Notes under the pieces: generated by a model
What the model was told of the DNA's origin: nothing
Seen by the model: the letters and a program-made list of their open reading frames with translations, nothing else
The model's database searches: none
DNA from: an uncultured Stakelama sp.
GTDB lineage: Bacteria > Pseudomonadota > Alphaproteobacteria > Sphingomonadales > Sphingomonadaceae
Length of the DNA: 53,971 nucleotides
NCBI GenBank assembly: GCA_964638925.1
Contig: CAZWZP010000001.1
Span: 1-53,971, forward strand
Direction of reading: 5' to 3'
Shown: positions 37,599 through 48,240 of the stretch, in pieces
Numbering within the stretch: the stretch's first letter is position 1
Layout of the letters: every line of letters starts with the position of its first letter
Made by a program: the position numbers and the translations under genes

Positions 37599-39398
37599 TT
37601 ACGACGCGCGCGACTGCACCTGAACCGGCGACCCATAGGCGCTCGTGGTACCCGGCACGATGACGAGAAAGCGCGCGCGATCCCCCGTCGCATCGCGCAC
37701 GACCTGCCGGATCGGACCTACTGCCGTCACGACTGCGGAGCCTGCGGGGTTGGTCATGAAGCCCGCCAACGGCTCGATCGCGCCGCTGCCATCGGGCCGG
37801 GCCGCCAGCGCGAGAACATAAGGCTTGCGCGGTTCCAGCCCGGAGACCGCCGCCTGCAGCACCTGCGTCAACCCCTGGTCGAACAGCGCTACGCTGGTCG
37901 CCGTTGAACCCGATGACGGGCCGACCGGGTCCAGAGTGAGCTGAACAGCCTGCGCCGCGAGGCCGAGCGGCGTGAGCCCGGCTGTGCTATCGCCAGCGGC
38001 TACTGCATTGGGCACGTAGACGACGGCTTGCGGTGCCTGGCCCACCGGGATTTGCGCGACTACGCGATGGGTGGTCGTGTCGATCGCGGCGATCATGTCG
38101 GCATTCTCCAGACCGACATAAATACGGCTGCCGTCCCCCGAAGGCCAGAGGCCATGGGGCAACTTGCCGACCGGGATCGTCGCGACGTGCGCGAAGCTGT
38201 CGGTGCGGAACACCTTGATGACATTGAGCCCGCCGATCGTGACATAGGCGAAGGTGCCAGCCGCCGTGCGGGCGAAATTGACATGGTTGGTCAGCGGCCC
38301 GGTGTCGATCGTGCGGATGACGCCAAAGGGCGGGCGCGCGTCGAAGACCATGACGCGCCCGATGTCCTTCAGCGTCAGCCAGACCTGCTTACCATCTGGG
38401 CTCGCGGCAATGTTCGGGCAGAAGGGCGAGTCCTGCTTGATCCGCCCGACGATCTGGTGATCGGACAATCGGATCGCGACCGTCTCGGCGGTGAAGGACG
38501 AGCAGACATAGCCATATTGGCCGTCCGGCGAGAAAATCTGCATACCCGGGCCGGCGGGCACGCGAATGCGCTTCGTCTCCGCAAAGGTGGTGGTGTCGAG
38601 CACCGCGATATAATCTTCGCCGCGGACCGTCACCCATAGCTCGCGGCCATCGGGCGTGAAGAACGCCTCGTGCGGCGAGCGTCCGACATAGGTCGTCGCC
38701 TTCACCATGTTGGTCGCGGTGTCGATGAAGGTCACAGAATTGGAGCCGATCGACACGACCGCGAGCGTCTTGCCGTCCGGCGCAAAGCCAAGGCCGTGGA
38801 CGAGCAGCTGGCCGCGATAGAGCGGGCTGAGACTGGCGGGCTGCGGATCGCCCAGCCGGATGACGCCGAGCAGGCGGTTCGTTGCCGGATCAATGACCGA
38901 TACCGTGTTCGAGAACTGGTCGGCGGCATATACCCGATCCTTTGAGCTGATCCGCGTTTCCGGCGCTGGGACAGGCTGCGACGGCAGGCCGGCACGCAAC
39001 GCGGCGGGCGTTGCGTGACTCGCGATCGCCAGCCGCATCGCCCGGATCTCGTCTTCCTGGGTGACGATGATCTCCTGCGCGAGGCGTCGGACCGCCTCAT
39101 TGCGGCTCGACCGCAGCACAGCGCGCGCCATGTCGATCGCGCCCTGATGATGCGGGATCATCATGGTCACGAAATCCTTGTCGACATCGCCGGTCGGGGC
39201 GACGTGCATGTCCGCCATCATGCGCGCCATCGCCACGTCATTCTCGGCCAGAAAGGCGGCGGCCTCGGGTGAGAATTTTGTGCTCGTCGCATCCGCCGAC
39301 CCGGCGTGATGATGGGCGTCCTGCGCCAAAGCCGGGGCGAGCGCGACCGCCGCAATACCGATCGCGAATGCTGCACCCGCACGTCTTGCACTGTTCAT
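37599..39398 (-). CDS. Exported DUF305 (CopM-like) + YVTN beta-propeller fusion protein
   Basis: Signal peptide, HHH, MMIPHHQGAIDMA, repeated SNTVSVID / VG..PH blades. Confidence 0.88.
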   Translation of the reverse strand: MNSARRAGAAFAIGIAAVALAPALAQDAHHHAGSADATSTKFSPEAAAFLAENDVAMARMMADMHVAPTGDVDKDFVTMMIPHHQGAIDMARAVLRSSRNEAVRRLAQEIIVTQEDEIRAMRLAIASHATPAALRAGLPSQPVPAPETRISSKDRVYAADQFSNTVSVIDPATNRLLGVIRLGDPQPASLSPLYRGQLLVHGLGFAPDGKTLAVVSIGSNSVTFIDTATNMVKATTYVGRSPHEAFFTPDGRELWVTVRGEDYIAVLDTTTFAETKRIRVPAGPGMQIFSPDGQYGYVCSSFTAETVAIRLSDHQIVGRIKQDSPFCPNIAASPDGKQVWLTLKDIGRVMVFDARPPFGVIRTIDTGPLTNHVNFARTAAGTFAYVTIGGLNVIKVFRTDSFAHVATIPVGKLPHGLWPSGDGSRIYVGLENADMIAAIDTTTHRVVAQIPVGQAPQAVVYVPNAVAAGDSTAGLTPLGLAAQAVQLTLDPVGPSSGSTATSVALFDQGLTQVLQAAVSGLEPRKPYVLALAARPDGSGAIEPLAGFMTNPAGSAVVTAVGPIRQVVRDATGDRARFLVIVPGTTSAYGSPVQVQSRAS

Positions 39399-39570
39399 GT
39401 CACCATCCCTCCGCCAATCGCGATGATGGGTAGACAGCCGTGAGAGCCGATTATTCCCGAAGCGGAAATTTTATACCGATCGGCGCATCCGCAAATTTTC
39501 TGTTCGGCGTCGGGAATAATGCCCCGCCTCGATTGTCTTTCGTGGGTCACAACCACGAGGGATTTGATCA

Positions 39571-40359
39571 ATGGTAGCCAGAGCGGCCATCGCGGCCTTG
39601 TTTGCGCTTTCCGCTTCGGCGGCCGCGCAGTCGACGCCAGACGCCACATCGAAAGCGACACAGGGGCCGACGCGCAACGTCGTTCTTGTGCATGGCGCCT
39701 TTGCTGATGGATCGGGCTGGCGGCGGGTCTATGACGACCTGACCGCGCGCGGCTATCGCGTGACGATTGTCCAGAACCCGCTGACCTCGCTGGCGGACGA
39801 TGTCGCGGCGACCCGCCGTGCCCTTGACCGACAGGATGGCCCGGCGGTGCTGGTCGGGCATAGCTGGGGCGGGACGGTGATCACCGAAGCGGGCGTGCAT
39901 CCAAAGGTCAGCGCGCTCGTCTATGTCTCGGCGCTGTCGCCCGATGCCGGGCAGACGACCGCGCAGCTCTACAAGGGCTACACCACGCCGCCCGAATTCG
40001 TGATCGACACGCACACCGACGGGTTCGGCTTCATCAAGGCCGAGAAATTCCGCGCCGGTTTCGCCGCCGATGCCTCCCCGGCGGATGCGGTCTTTTTGCG
40101 GGACTCGCAGGTGCCGATCAACATGGCGGCCTTCGGCACGGTGCTCAAACATGCCGCCTGGCGCGCAAAGCCGAGCTGGGCGGTGATCGCCACGCAGGAT
40201 CGCGCGTTCGATCAGCGGATGCTCCACGACATGGCCCGCCGCATCGGTGCCAAGGTGACTGAAGTGCCTGCAAGCCATGCGGTCTTCATGACCCAGCCAA
40301 AGGTCGTCGCCGACGTCATCGACAAGGCCGCCCGTCAAGTCTCAGCGGCAACCAACTAA
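39571..40359 (+). CDS. Exported alpha/beta hydrolase
   Basis: VLVHGAFADGSGW, GHSWGG, ASH. Confidence 0.92.
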   Translation: MVARAAIAALFALSASAAAQSTPDATSKATQGPTRNVVLVHGAFADGSGWRRVYDDLTARGYRVTIVQNPLTSLADDVAATRRALDRQDGPAVLVGHSWGGTVITEAGVHPKVSALVYVSALSPDAGQTTAQLYKGYTTPPEFVIDTHTDGFGFIKAEKFRAGFAADASPADAVFLRDSQVPINMAAFGTVLKHAAWRAKPSWAVIATQDRAFDQRMLHDMARRIGAKVTEVPASHAVFMTQPKVVADVIDKAARQVSAATN

Positions 40360-40463
40360 CCACCCCGGATTCACCAACCCCGACCCGGACTTCCGATGCG
40401 CGTGCGGTGGCGTTCCCACCATGCGCGCAATGGCGGAGCCGTGTCCGATCGAAGGACCATGTC

Positions 40464-42080
40464 ATGACCGAACAAGCCAATCCTGCCGAGATCGCCGATT
40501 TCGAGCGCCGCGCACGCGAGAACCAGCAACGGCTCACGGCCAATCTGAAGCCATTCTATGATTTCATCGTCTGCGGCGGCGGATCGTCCGGCTGCGTCAT
40601 CGCCCGGCGCCTCGCCGAGAACGCCGACTGCCATGTGCTGCTGATCGAAGCGGGCGGCGACGACGCGGCCGAAAGCGTGCTCGACCCGGCGCTGTGGCCG
40701 ACCAATTTGGGCAGCGCGCGCGACTGGGGCTTTCAGGCCGAGCCCAATCCGCATCTCGACGGCCGCGCGCTGCCGATGTCGATGGGCAAGGGGCTTGGCG
40801 GCGGATCGAGCGTCAACGTCATGGTCTGGGCGCATGGCCATCGCAGCGACTGGGACCATTATGCCGCCGAAACCGGTGACGCCGGCTGGGGCGCCGATGC
40901 GGTCCAGGCGATCTATCGCCGGATCGAGAATTGGCAGGGCACGCCCGACCCCGATCATCGCGGCAGCGGCGGCCCTGTCTGGGTCCAGCCCGCCGCCGAT
41001 CCCAGTCCCATTGCCGGGGCCTTGCTCGATGCTGCGCAGGAGCTCGGCATCCCGCGTTTCGACAGCCCCAACGGGCGGATGATGGCCGGTGATGGCGGCG
41101 CCGCTATTTCGGACATGCTGGTGCGCGACGGACGCCGCCACTCGCTCTACCGCGCCTATCTGCGGCCCTTTGCCGATCGTCCGAACCTGACCATCCTCAC
41201 CGACACGCTGGTCCGGCGCATCCTGTTCACCGGGCGCCGGGCAACCGGTGTCGAGATCGAGCGGGCGGGCGAGATCAACTATATCGGGGTTGGCAGCGAG
41301 GTGATCGTGTCGACCGGCGCGATCAACACGCCCAAGCTGCTCATGCTGTCCGGCCTGGGCAAGCGCCGGGAACTCGCGCGCTTCGACATTCCGCTGGTCG
41401 AACACATTACCGGCGTCGGCCAGAATTTGCAGGATCACGTCGCCTTTTGCTGCACTTGGGAATATCGCCAGCCCCTCGCCCCGCGCAACAGCGGGAGCGA
41501 GGCCAAGCTCTACTGGAAGTCCCGGCCCGAGCTGACCGCGCCCGACCTGCTGCTGTGTCAGGTCGAATTTCCGGTGCCGAGCGAGCGCACTGCGACGCTA
41601 GGCGTGCCCGAGCATGGCTGGACGATGTTCGGTGGCCTTGCCCATCCGCAAAGCCGGGGCGATGTGCGCCTGGCGTCGAGCGATCCGCATACCGCACCGA
41701 TCGTCAATCCCAACATGCTGTCCGATCCGGCCGATGTCGCGGCGGCGCGGGCGTGCGTCAACCTGTGCCGCGACCTGGGCGCAGCGGCGTCCTTCGCGCC
41801 GTTCGTGACGCGCGAGGTGATCCCGGGCGCGGGCAACCCGACCGACAATCGCTTCCTGCGCGATGCGGCGGTGACGTATTGGCACCAGAGCGGCACTGCA
41901 CGCATGGGGCGCGACGACATGGCGGTGGTCGATGCGTCGCTCAAGGTGCGGGGTGTGGAAGGTCTGCGAGTCGCTGACGGATCGGTCTTCCCCACCGTCC
42001 CGACCGGCAACATCCAGGCACCCTGCGCGATTGTCGGGGAGCGCGCCGCGCAGATCATCCGCGACACCTATCGCCTCTGA
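40464..42080 (+). CDS. GMC oxidoreductase (choline dehydrogenase-like)
   Basis: GGGSSG, LGGGSSVN, GQNLQDH, YWHQSGTARMG, LRVADGS. Confidence 0.93.
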   Translation: MTEQANPAEIADFERRARENQQRLTANLKPFYDFIVCGGGSSGCVIARRLAENADCHVLLIEAGGDDAAESVLDPALWPTNLGSARDWGFQAEPNPHLDGRALPMSMGKGLGGGSSVNVMVWAHGHRSDWDHYAAETGDAGWGADAVQAIYRRIENWQGTPDPDHRGSGGPVWVQPAADPSPIAGALLDAAQELGIPRFDSPNGRMMAGDGGAAISDMLVRDGRRHSLYRAYLRPFADRPNLTILTDTLVRRILFTGRRATGVEIERAGEINYIGVGSEVIVSTGAINTPKLLMLSGLGKRRELARFDIPLVEHITGVGQNLQDHVAFCCTWEYRQPLAPRNSGSEAKLYWKSRPELTAPDLLLCQVEFPVPSERTATLGVPEHGWTMFGGLAHPQSRGDVRLASSDPHTAPIVNPNMLSDPADVAAARACVNLCRDLGAAASFAPFVTREVIPGAGNPTDNRFLRDAAVTYWHQSGTARMGRDDMAVVDASLKVRGVEGLRVADGSVFPTVPTGNIQAPCAIVGERAAQIIRDTYRL

Positions 42081-42119
42081 CGGCGGCGGATGATGCGCGT
42101 CCGACCCGGGTGGAACCGA

Positions 42120-42602
42120 TCATTTGATGGTTCCACCCGGCGAGGCGTGGTCGCTTCGGAGCGCTGCACCCAGCGCCGCCAGCTGGTGGTTCAGCGCCTG
42201 CAACTCCTCGGGACGCATTCCCGTCGCTTCGAGCATCGCGGCGGGAATGCAGCCGAGCGCGTCGTCGATCAGGCTGCGGCCAGCATCGGTCAGCGCAAGG
42301 CGGACGACCCGTTCATCCTGCTTGTCGCGCGTTCGGGTCACCAGCCCGGCGGCTTCCAGACGCTTGATGAGCGGGGTGAGCGTGTTCGACTCCAGATGGA
42401 GCTTGCCGCCAAGTTCACTCACCGTCTGGCCGTCCCCGCCGCGCAGCGCCACCAGCGCGATATATTGCGGGTAGGTGATGCCGAAGCGGTCGAGCAGCGG
42501 CTTGTACACGCGATTGAATGCCAGCCCGGTCGCATAGACCGAAAAGCACAGGAACTGGTCGAGCGGTTCGCCTTCGAGGGCGGCAGGGGGAGTATCAGTC
42601 AT
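42120..42602 (-). CDS. ohrR: MarR family organic hydroperoxide sensor
   Basis: QFLCFSVY (peroxidatic Cys), TYPQY, TLTPLIKRLE, DER; divergent from the ohr operon. Confidence 0.9.
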   Translation of the reverse strand: MTDTPPAALEGEPLDQFLCFSVYATGLAFNRVYKPLLDRFGITYPQYIALVALRGGDGQTVSELGGKLHLESNTLTPLIKRLEAAGLVTRTRDKQDERVVRLALTDAGRSLIDDALGCIPAAMLEATGMRPEELQALNHQLAALGAALRSDHASPGGTIK

Positions 42603-42612
42603 GCCGGAAATA

Positions 42613-42690
42613 TAAATCGCGTGCGATTTAATCGCAAGGGTTGACATCGCGACACACTCAGCTATTTATATCGTACACGATTTAATCGTG
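42613..42690. promoter_or_regulatory. OhrR operators flanking a TTGACA -35 element
   Basis: Palindrome TAAATCGC-GT-GCGATTTA (42613-42630), TTGACA (42641-42646), second site TATATCGTACACGATTTAATCGTG (42667-42690). Confidence 0.75.
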
Positions 42691-42716
42691 AACGACTCGT
42701 ACAAGGGACATTGATC

Positions 42717-43733
42717 ATGCACACTATGCCTCGCCTCGCTGCTCTCGCTTCCACCGCACTGCTGGCCCTGTCGGCTGCTCCCGCTGCGGCGCAGACGCTC
42801 GAACCGTCCGCCAAGGCGTTCGCCGATGCCGCCGCTGCGGGGAAGCCGATTTACGAGCTGCCCTATGCCGACGCCCGCGCCGTTCTGGCGAGCGTGCAGG
42901 CCGACAAGGTCGCCGCCTCCGCCGCGACCAACACGCAGGATCTGGTGTGGAAGATCGGCCCGACCGGCCAGGTCCGCGTGCGCATCGTGCGCCCCGCCGA
43001 TGCCAAGGGCGCGCTGCCCGCCGTCCTCTATTATCACGGCGGTGGCTGGGTGATGGGCGACCGCAATACCCATGATCACCTGATCCGCGAACTCGCTGTG
43101 CAGGCGCGCGCCGCGGTGGTGTTCGTCGAGTATGACAACGCGCCGGAGGTCCGCTACCCGGTCAACAACGAACAGGCCTATGCCGCGCTCGACCATGTCG
43201 CCACGCATGGCGCGTCGCTCGGCATCGATCCGTCGCGGCTGGCGGTGGCGGGCGACAGTGCTGGCGGCAACATGGCGATTGCGGTCACGATGATGGCCAA
43301 GGATCGCGCGGGGCCGAAGATCGGGCATCAGCTGCTCTTCTATCCGGTGACCGACGATGTGTCGGACAATGCCTCGTATCGCGCATTCGGCAACGGCCCG
43401 TTCCTGACCCGCCGCGCGATGGACTATTTCCTGGCGGCGAATTACCCGGCCGATCGCCGCAAGGATGTGCTCGCCTTCCCGCTGCGCGCGTCGCTCGACC
43501 AGTTGAAGGGACTGCCCGCCGCCACGGTGATCGTCGCCGAGAACGACCTGCTGCGCGATGAGGGGGAAGCCTATGGCCGCCGCCTGATCGAAGCGGGCGT
43601 GCCGGTCGCGGTGACCCGGTACAACGGCACGATCCATGACTTTGTGATGCTCAACGCCCTCGCCGGTAGCGAACCTGCCCGTGCCGCCATCGCCCAGGGC
43701 GCCGCGCGCCTGCGCAGCAGCTTTGCCCGCTGA
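42717..43733 (+). CDS. Exported HSL-family esterase/lipase
   Basis: Signal peptide, HGGGW, GDSAGG, D.LRDEG, IHDF. Confidence 0.93.
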   Translation: MHTMPRLAALASTALLALSAAPAAAQTLEPSAKAFADAAAAGKPIYELPYADARAVLASVQADKVAASAATNTQDLVWKIGPTGQVRVRIVRPADAKGALPAVLYYHGGGWVMGDRNTHDHLIRELAVQARAAVVFVEYDNAPEVRYPVNNEQAYAALDHVATHGASLGIDPSRLAVAGDSAGGNMAIAVTMMAKDRAGPKIGHQLLFYPVTDDVSDNASYRAFGNGPFLTRRAMDYFLAANYPADRRKDVLAFPLRASLDQLKGLPAATVIVAENDLLRDEGEAYGRRLIEAGVPVAVTRYNGTIHDFVMLNALAGSEPARAAIAQGAARLRSSFAR

Positions 43734-43759
43734 ACGCTCAACACGAAAGGAACACTGAC

Positions 43760-44191
43760 ATGACCAAGATTCTCTACTCGACCCGCGCCACCGCTACCGG
43801 CGGTCGTGACGGCAAGGCCCGCACCGATGACGGTGCCTTTGAAGTCGCGCTGGCCACGCCGAAGGAACTGGGTGGCAACGGCCAAGGCAACAACCCCGAA
43901 CAATTGTTCGCCGCCGGCTATGCCGCCTGTTTCCTGAGCGCGATGAAGTTCGTCGGCACGCAAGGCACCCATGCCCGATTGCCCAATGATGCCAGCGTCA
44001 GCGCGACGGTCGGCATCGGGCCGCGCGCCGACAAGGGCTTTGGCCTTGCCGTGACGCTCGACATCGTGCTGCCCGGCCTTGATCGCGCCGCCGCAGAGGC
44101 GCTGGTCGCCGAAGCCGACACCGTCTGCCCCTATTCCCACGCAGTGCGCGGGAATATCGCGGTCACCCTGGTGATCTCCGAACACACCTGA
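43760..44191 (+). CDS. ohr: Organic hydroperoxide resistance protein
   Basis: GGRDG, NPEQLFAAGYAACF, VCPYS. Confidence 0.97.
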   Translation: MTKILYSTRATATGGRDGKARTDDGAFEVALATPKELGGNGQGNNPEQLFAAGYAACFLSAMKFVGTQGTHARLPNDASVSATVGIGPRADKGFGLAVTLDIVLPGLDRAAAEALVAEADTVCPYSHAVRGNIAVTLVISEHT

Positions 44192-44199
44192 CCCCGGGT

Positions 44200-44235
44200 G
44201 CCGACCCGGACGGCGACATTGCCGTCCGGGTCGGC
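44200..44235. terminator. Hairpin between the convergent ohr and LysR genes
   Basis: Perfect 15-bp stem GCCGACCCGGACGGC / GCCGTCCGGGTCGGC with a 6-nt loop; no U-tract. Confidence 0.55.
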
Positions 44236-44249
44236 GCAGCGCGGCAGCA

Positions 44250-45158
44250 TCAGCCCTCCCGGAAGGCGCGGGCGCGCTCGCGCGCCAGATCGACGAACAG
44301 CCGGAACGCGGCGGGCGGATTCCGGCGGCTGGGATAATAAAGGCAGATTGGTGCCAGCACCGGCGTCCAGTCCAGCAGCAGCGGCACCATCCGCCCCGCG
44401 TCGATATCCGCGCGCACATCCGATTCCATGAAGAAACCGATGCCGACGCCGTCCAGCACCGCAATGCGGGCGACGCTCGCCTCGTCCAATATGATCGGCC
44501 CGTCGACGTCGATCTGGATCGGTTGGCCATCCTTTTGAAACGGCCAGCGATACATCGCGCCATTGGGCAGCCGGATGCGGATGCAGCGATGGGCGAGCAG
44601 GTCCGCCGGCACATGTGGGCTGCCACATTGCGCAAGATAGTCCGGGGAGGCGACGACGGCATAGCGCCGGGTCGGCCCGACCGGGATGGCGATCATGTCG
44701 GAGGGCACCAGATCCTGGCTCCGCACGCCGAAATCGAACCCGTCGGCCACGATGTCGGTGAGCGCGCCTTCGGTCACCAGATCGATGCGAACCTCTGGGA
44801 AACGCTTCAGAAACTCCAGCACCAGCGGCACCATGATGTCGCGCGCTGCCGTCGCGAAGCTGTTGATGCGCAACGTGCCAGAAGGTGTGTCCTGTTGCGA
44901 TCGCACGCCATCAAGCGCCAGATGAATGTCGCGCAGCGCCGGCGTCACCTGCTCGACGAAGCGGCGCCCGGCTTCGGTCAGCGACACGCTGCGCGTCGTC
45001 CGGTTGAACAGCCGCACGCCCAACTGCCCCTCCAGCTTCGCGATCGCGGTGCTGAGTGCGGTGGCCGACATACCCAGTTCGATCGCCGCCGCACGGAACG
45101 ATCCGCGGCGCGCAATGGCGAGAACGGCGTCGAATTCGTGCAGACTATATCCAGCCAT
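44250..45158 (-). CDS. LysR family regulator
   Basis: [30 protein letters not shown]. Confidence 0.95.
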   Translation of the reverse strand: MAGYSLHEFDAVLAIARRGSFRAAAIELGMSATALSTAIAKLEGQLGVRLFNRTTRSVSLTEAGRRFVEQVTPALRDIHLALDGVRSQQDTPSGTLRINSFATAARDIMVPLVLEFLKRFPEVRIDLVTEGALTDIVADGFDFGVRSQDLVPSDMIAIPVGPTRRYAVVASPDYLAQCGSPHVPADLLAHRCIRIRLPNGAMYRWPFQKDGQPIQIDVDGPIILDEASVARIAVLDGVGIGFFMESDVRADIDAGRMVPLLLDWTPVLAPICLYYPSRRNPPAAFRLFVDLARERARAFREG

Positions 45159-45272
45159 TGTCCCGAAATCCGAAATTCCTTGTACCGTTTTATCCCGGTT
45201 ATCCGAACGACGGTAAAGGCCCATCTGCGTGGCACGGCACGATGTTCGCGCCGTACCGCAAGGAGAATGACC

Positions 45273-45602
45273 ATGACCGTGGTGCTACCGAACGTGATCG
45301 CGGCGTATTTCGCCGCGGACCGAAAGGGCGAAGCTGAGGCCACGTCCGAATGCTTCACCCCCGATGCCGTCGTGATCGACGAGGGCAACCGCTATGTCGG
45401 GCGCGATGCGATCCGCCAGTGGATGGCCAACGCCTCCACGCAATACAGCTATACGGTGGAACCGTTCGACCTGTCGCACGACGATGGCCGCATCGTCGTT
45501 ACCAGCCATCTCACCGGCAGCTTCCCCGGCAGCCCGGTCGATTTACGCTATTGCTTCGTGCTCGACGGCGACGCGATCGCTCATCTGGAGATCGTCCCAT
45601 GA
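45273..45602 (+). CDS. SnoaL/NTF2-like protein
   Basis: AGGAG RBS; [28 protein letters not shown]. Confidence 0.88.
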   Translation: MTVVLPNVIAAYFAADRKGEAEATSECFTPDAVVIDEGNRYVGRDAIRQWMANASTQYSYTVEPFDLSHDDGRIVVTSHLTGSFPGSPVDLRYCFVLDGDAIAHLEIVP

Positions 45603-46378
45603 CGCCGTTCATCACCCTTGAAGGCAAGCGGGCGCTCATAACTTCGGGCACCCGGGGGGCGGGTGCCGCAACCGTTGCCCTGTTCCGGACACTCGGTGCC
45701 AAGGTTCTAACCACTGCGCGCAGCAGGCCCGCGCATATGTCGGATGCGCAGTTTATCGCCGCCGACCTCACAACGGCCGAGGGGTGCGCCGCCGTCGCCG
45801 GCGCAGTCCACGATTGCCTCGGCGGGGTCGATGTCGTCGTCCACATGCTCGGGGGTTCCTCCGCGCCGGCGGGGGGCTACCGCGCGCTTGACGACCGCGA
45901 ATGGCGCCGCGAACTCGACCTCAACCTGATGCCCGCAGTCCGCCTTGACCGGGCCTTGCTGCCCACGATGACGGACCGGGGATCGGGGGTGGTCATCCAC
46001 GTCACCTCAATCCAACGGCAATTGCCGCTTCCCGAAGCGACGACCGCCTATGCCGCCGCCAAGGCGGCGCTATCGACCTACAGCAAGAGCCTGTCAAAGG
46101 AGGTGTCGCCCCGGGGTGTCCGGGTCGTGCGCGTATCGCCCGGCTGGATCGCCACCGAAAGTTCGGTCGAACTCGCACGACGGCTGGCGGCTGAAAAGGG
46201 TGTGGACGTCGAGCAAGGCAAACGGATGATCATGGACTCGCTCGGCGGCGTCCCGATCGGTCGCCCGTCAGAGCCGGAGGAGATTGCCAATCTGATCGCC
46301 TTTTTGGCATCTGACCGGGCGGGGACGATCACCGGCACCGAATATGTCATCGACGGCGGGACCATTCCCACGGCGTGA
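45599..46378 (+). CDS. SDR oxidoreductase
   Basis: [22 protein letters not shown]; ATGA overlap. Confidence 0.92.
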   Translation: MTPFITLEGKRALITSGTRGAGAATVALFRTLGAKVLTTARSRPAHMSDAQFIAADLTTAEGCAAVAGAVHDCLGGVDVVVHMLGGSSAPAGGYRALDDREWRRELDLNLMPAVRLDRALLPTMTDRGSGVVIHVTSIQRQLPLPEATTAYAAAKAALSTYSKSLSKEVSPRGVRVVRVSPGWIATESSVELARRLAAEKGVDVEQGKRMIMDSLGGVPIGRPSEPEEIANLIAFLASDRAGTITGTEYVIDGGTIPTA

Positions 46379-46526
46379 CAGGAGACCAGACCATCCCGAT
46401 GGGCGGCGGCGCAGAAGCTGTAGCGTGCCGGTTTCGAGATGGTCCCGCTCCCCGTCCCCGCTGGGCGCGTCGCGCCAAGCGGACACATGCCGGCAAGCAA
46501 GTTCCGGGTTTGCCTTGGGAAAGGGA

Positions 46527-46602
46527 TGGTGCCGCTTACAGGACTCGAACCTGTGACCCCCGCATTACGAATGCGATGCTCTACCAACTGAGCTAAAGCG
46601 GC
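46527..46602 (-). tRNA. tRNA-Thr (CGT)
   Basis: 76 nt: GCCGCTTTAGCTCAGTTGGTAGAGC, anticodon loop TTCGTAA, GGTTCGAGTCC, CCA end. Confidence 0.97.
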
Positions 46603-46782
46603 GTATCCGGCGTTCGACACCGGTGAAGGTGGCGGCGCTTATCAGCCTTGTTTCTAGCTGACAAGCGTTGCCGAAGCGTTGCACGCGCGGGGTTTGCCGA
46701 TTGGCGGCCTTTACGCAGTATTTACCACATACGGCGCAGAGTCGCTTCGATCGAGGGCCACTGCCCTCTGTGGAGCATGCGC

Positions 46783-48063
46783 ATGGACACCGCCCGCGGA
46801 CTCGATGACCGTCCCGATACCGCTCACGACGACACCGGCGTGAGCGATTCGGCGCATGACGCGCATCGCCTGTCGATTGGCTCGGACGAGCGGCGGATGC
46901 ATGTACGCGCCTATAATCACTGGGTTTCGTTGCTGCAGGGCCGCGCCTATCCGTCGATTGAGGATCTCAACCCTGGCAACATCGCCGATTTCGGCCCGCA
47001 CAGCGTGTTGCTGGATTTCAGCAAGGGTGTCGAGAACCCGGCGATTCGCTATCTTGGTGGATCGCTGCGCGAGGAATGCGGGGTCACCAGCGACATCACC
47101 CATGTCGGCGAAGTACCCAGCCGGTCGCTACTCTCGCGCCTGACCGACCATTATCTGCAGATCATCGCCAATCGCGCGCCGATCGGGTTCGAGGCCGAGT
47201 TTGTTGGCCAGCGCGGCCACAACACGCTGTATCGCGGCATTCTGATGCCGTTTTCGTCCGACGGCGACGCGATCGACTTCATCTATGGCGTCATCAACTG
47301 GAAGGAACTGGTCGACGCCGAGACGCAGGCACGGCTGGAGCGCGAGGTCGAGGAAGCCCGCCGCACCGCGCCGACGCCGGTCGCCGCCGCCCCGGTCTGG
47401 GCCGATGGGCCGAGCGCCGGCTTTGGCGACACTGCCGAGCCTGTGGAAACGATCGACCCGGTCGATACCCCCGGCCCCGAATCGCTGGCCGACCGCCTGC
47501 TGATCGCGCGTGAGAGCGCCGCCGCCGCCCGCGCCGCCGATACCCGGAGCCGCGCATCGCTCTACCGCGCCCTGTCGCGCGCCTATGATTTCGCCCGCGC
47601 TTCGGAAACGCACGCCGAGGATTATGCCGAGTTGCTCGCCGATGCCGGCATCGCAGTGCAGGCACGCGCGCCGATGACTGCGGCTGCCAAGCTCGTCTTC
47701 GGCGCCGATTACGACAAGACCCGCCTGACCGAATTTGCCGCAGTGATGAATCACGCGCGCCGCCACGACGTTGCCGAGGGCGGTCTCGACGCCTTCATCG
47801 GCGCGACCGAAGGCGGCATCAAGGGCATCGTCAAGGCCGAGCGCGCGCTGCGCAAGCCCGCGCCGCAGCCCGACCTGTTCGATCAGGTCCGCGCCGAACT
47901 GCGCGCGCGCCCGGCGATCGCGCATGTCCAGATGGCTGCAGGCACCGAAGAATTTGTCCTGCTGCTCGCCCGTGCAGGCGCCGATGGCGAGCTCGATATC
48001 GTTGCGCGGATCGACGACGACGCCGCGCTGTCCAACCGCGCGCTGCGCAAGGCCGCCGCATGA
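46783..48063 (+). CDS. Conserved hypothetical protein with N-terminal PAS-like domain
   Basis: GGAG RBS; RAYNHW, LLDF, YRGILMPFSSDG..IDFIYGVINW; coding-like GC3. Confidence 0.7.
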   Translation: MDTARGLDDRPDTAHDDTGVSDSAHDAHRLSIGSDERRMHVRAYNHWVSLLQGRAYPSIEDLNPGNIADFGPHSVLLDFSKGVENPAIRYLGGSLREECGVTSDITHVGEVPSRSLLSRLTDHYLQIIANRAPIGFEAEFVGQRGHNTLYRGILMPFSSDGDAIDFIYGVINWKELVDAETQARLEREVEEARRTAPTPVAAAPVWADGPSAGFGDTAEPVETIDPVDTPGPESLADRLLIARESAAAARAADTRSRASLYRALSRAYDFARASETHAEDYAELLADAGIAVQARAPMTAAAKLVFGADYDKTRLTEFAAVMNHARRHDVAEGGLDAFIGATEGGIKGIVKAERALRKPAPQPDLFDQVRAELRARPAIAHVQMAAGTEEFVLLLARAGADGELDIVARIDDDAALSNRALRKAAA

Positions 48064-48096
48064 AATTCTGATCCTTCCCGAAGCCTTCTCCCAAGC

Positions 48097-48141
48097 TGCG
48101 CGCGAACACGGTCAAAAAGACCGGCTCGCGCGCATTTTTTT
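48097..48141 (+). terminator. Probable intrinsic terminator
   Basis: TGCGCGCGA...TCGCGCGCA hairpin followed by a T run. Confidence 0.55.
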
Positions 48142-48240
48142 GTCCCGCGCAACCGGTGTCCGGGCAATTTAGTCTCAAATGTTACGGTGCGGTGCAGCAA
48201 GTCTTGAGCCGAGCGTCGCACGGGCGCATAGCGCGGCTCC

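Noticed and set aside
46078-46620. 180-aa ORF crossing the tRNA
   Set aside because: Reads through tRNA-Thr and antisense to the SDR gene; spurious.
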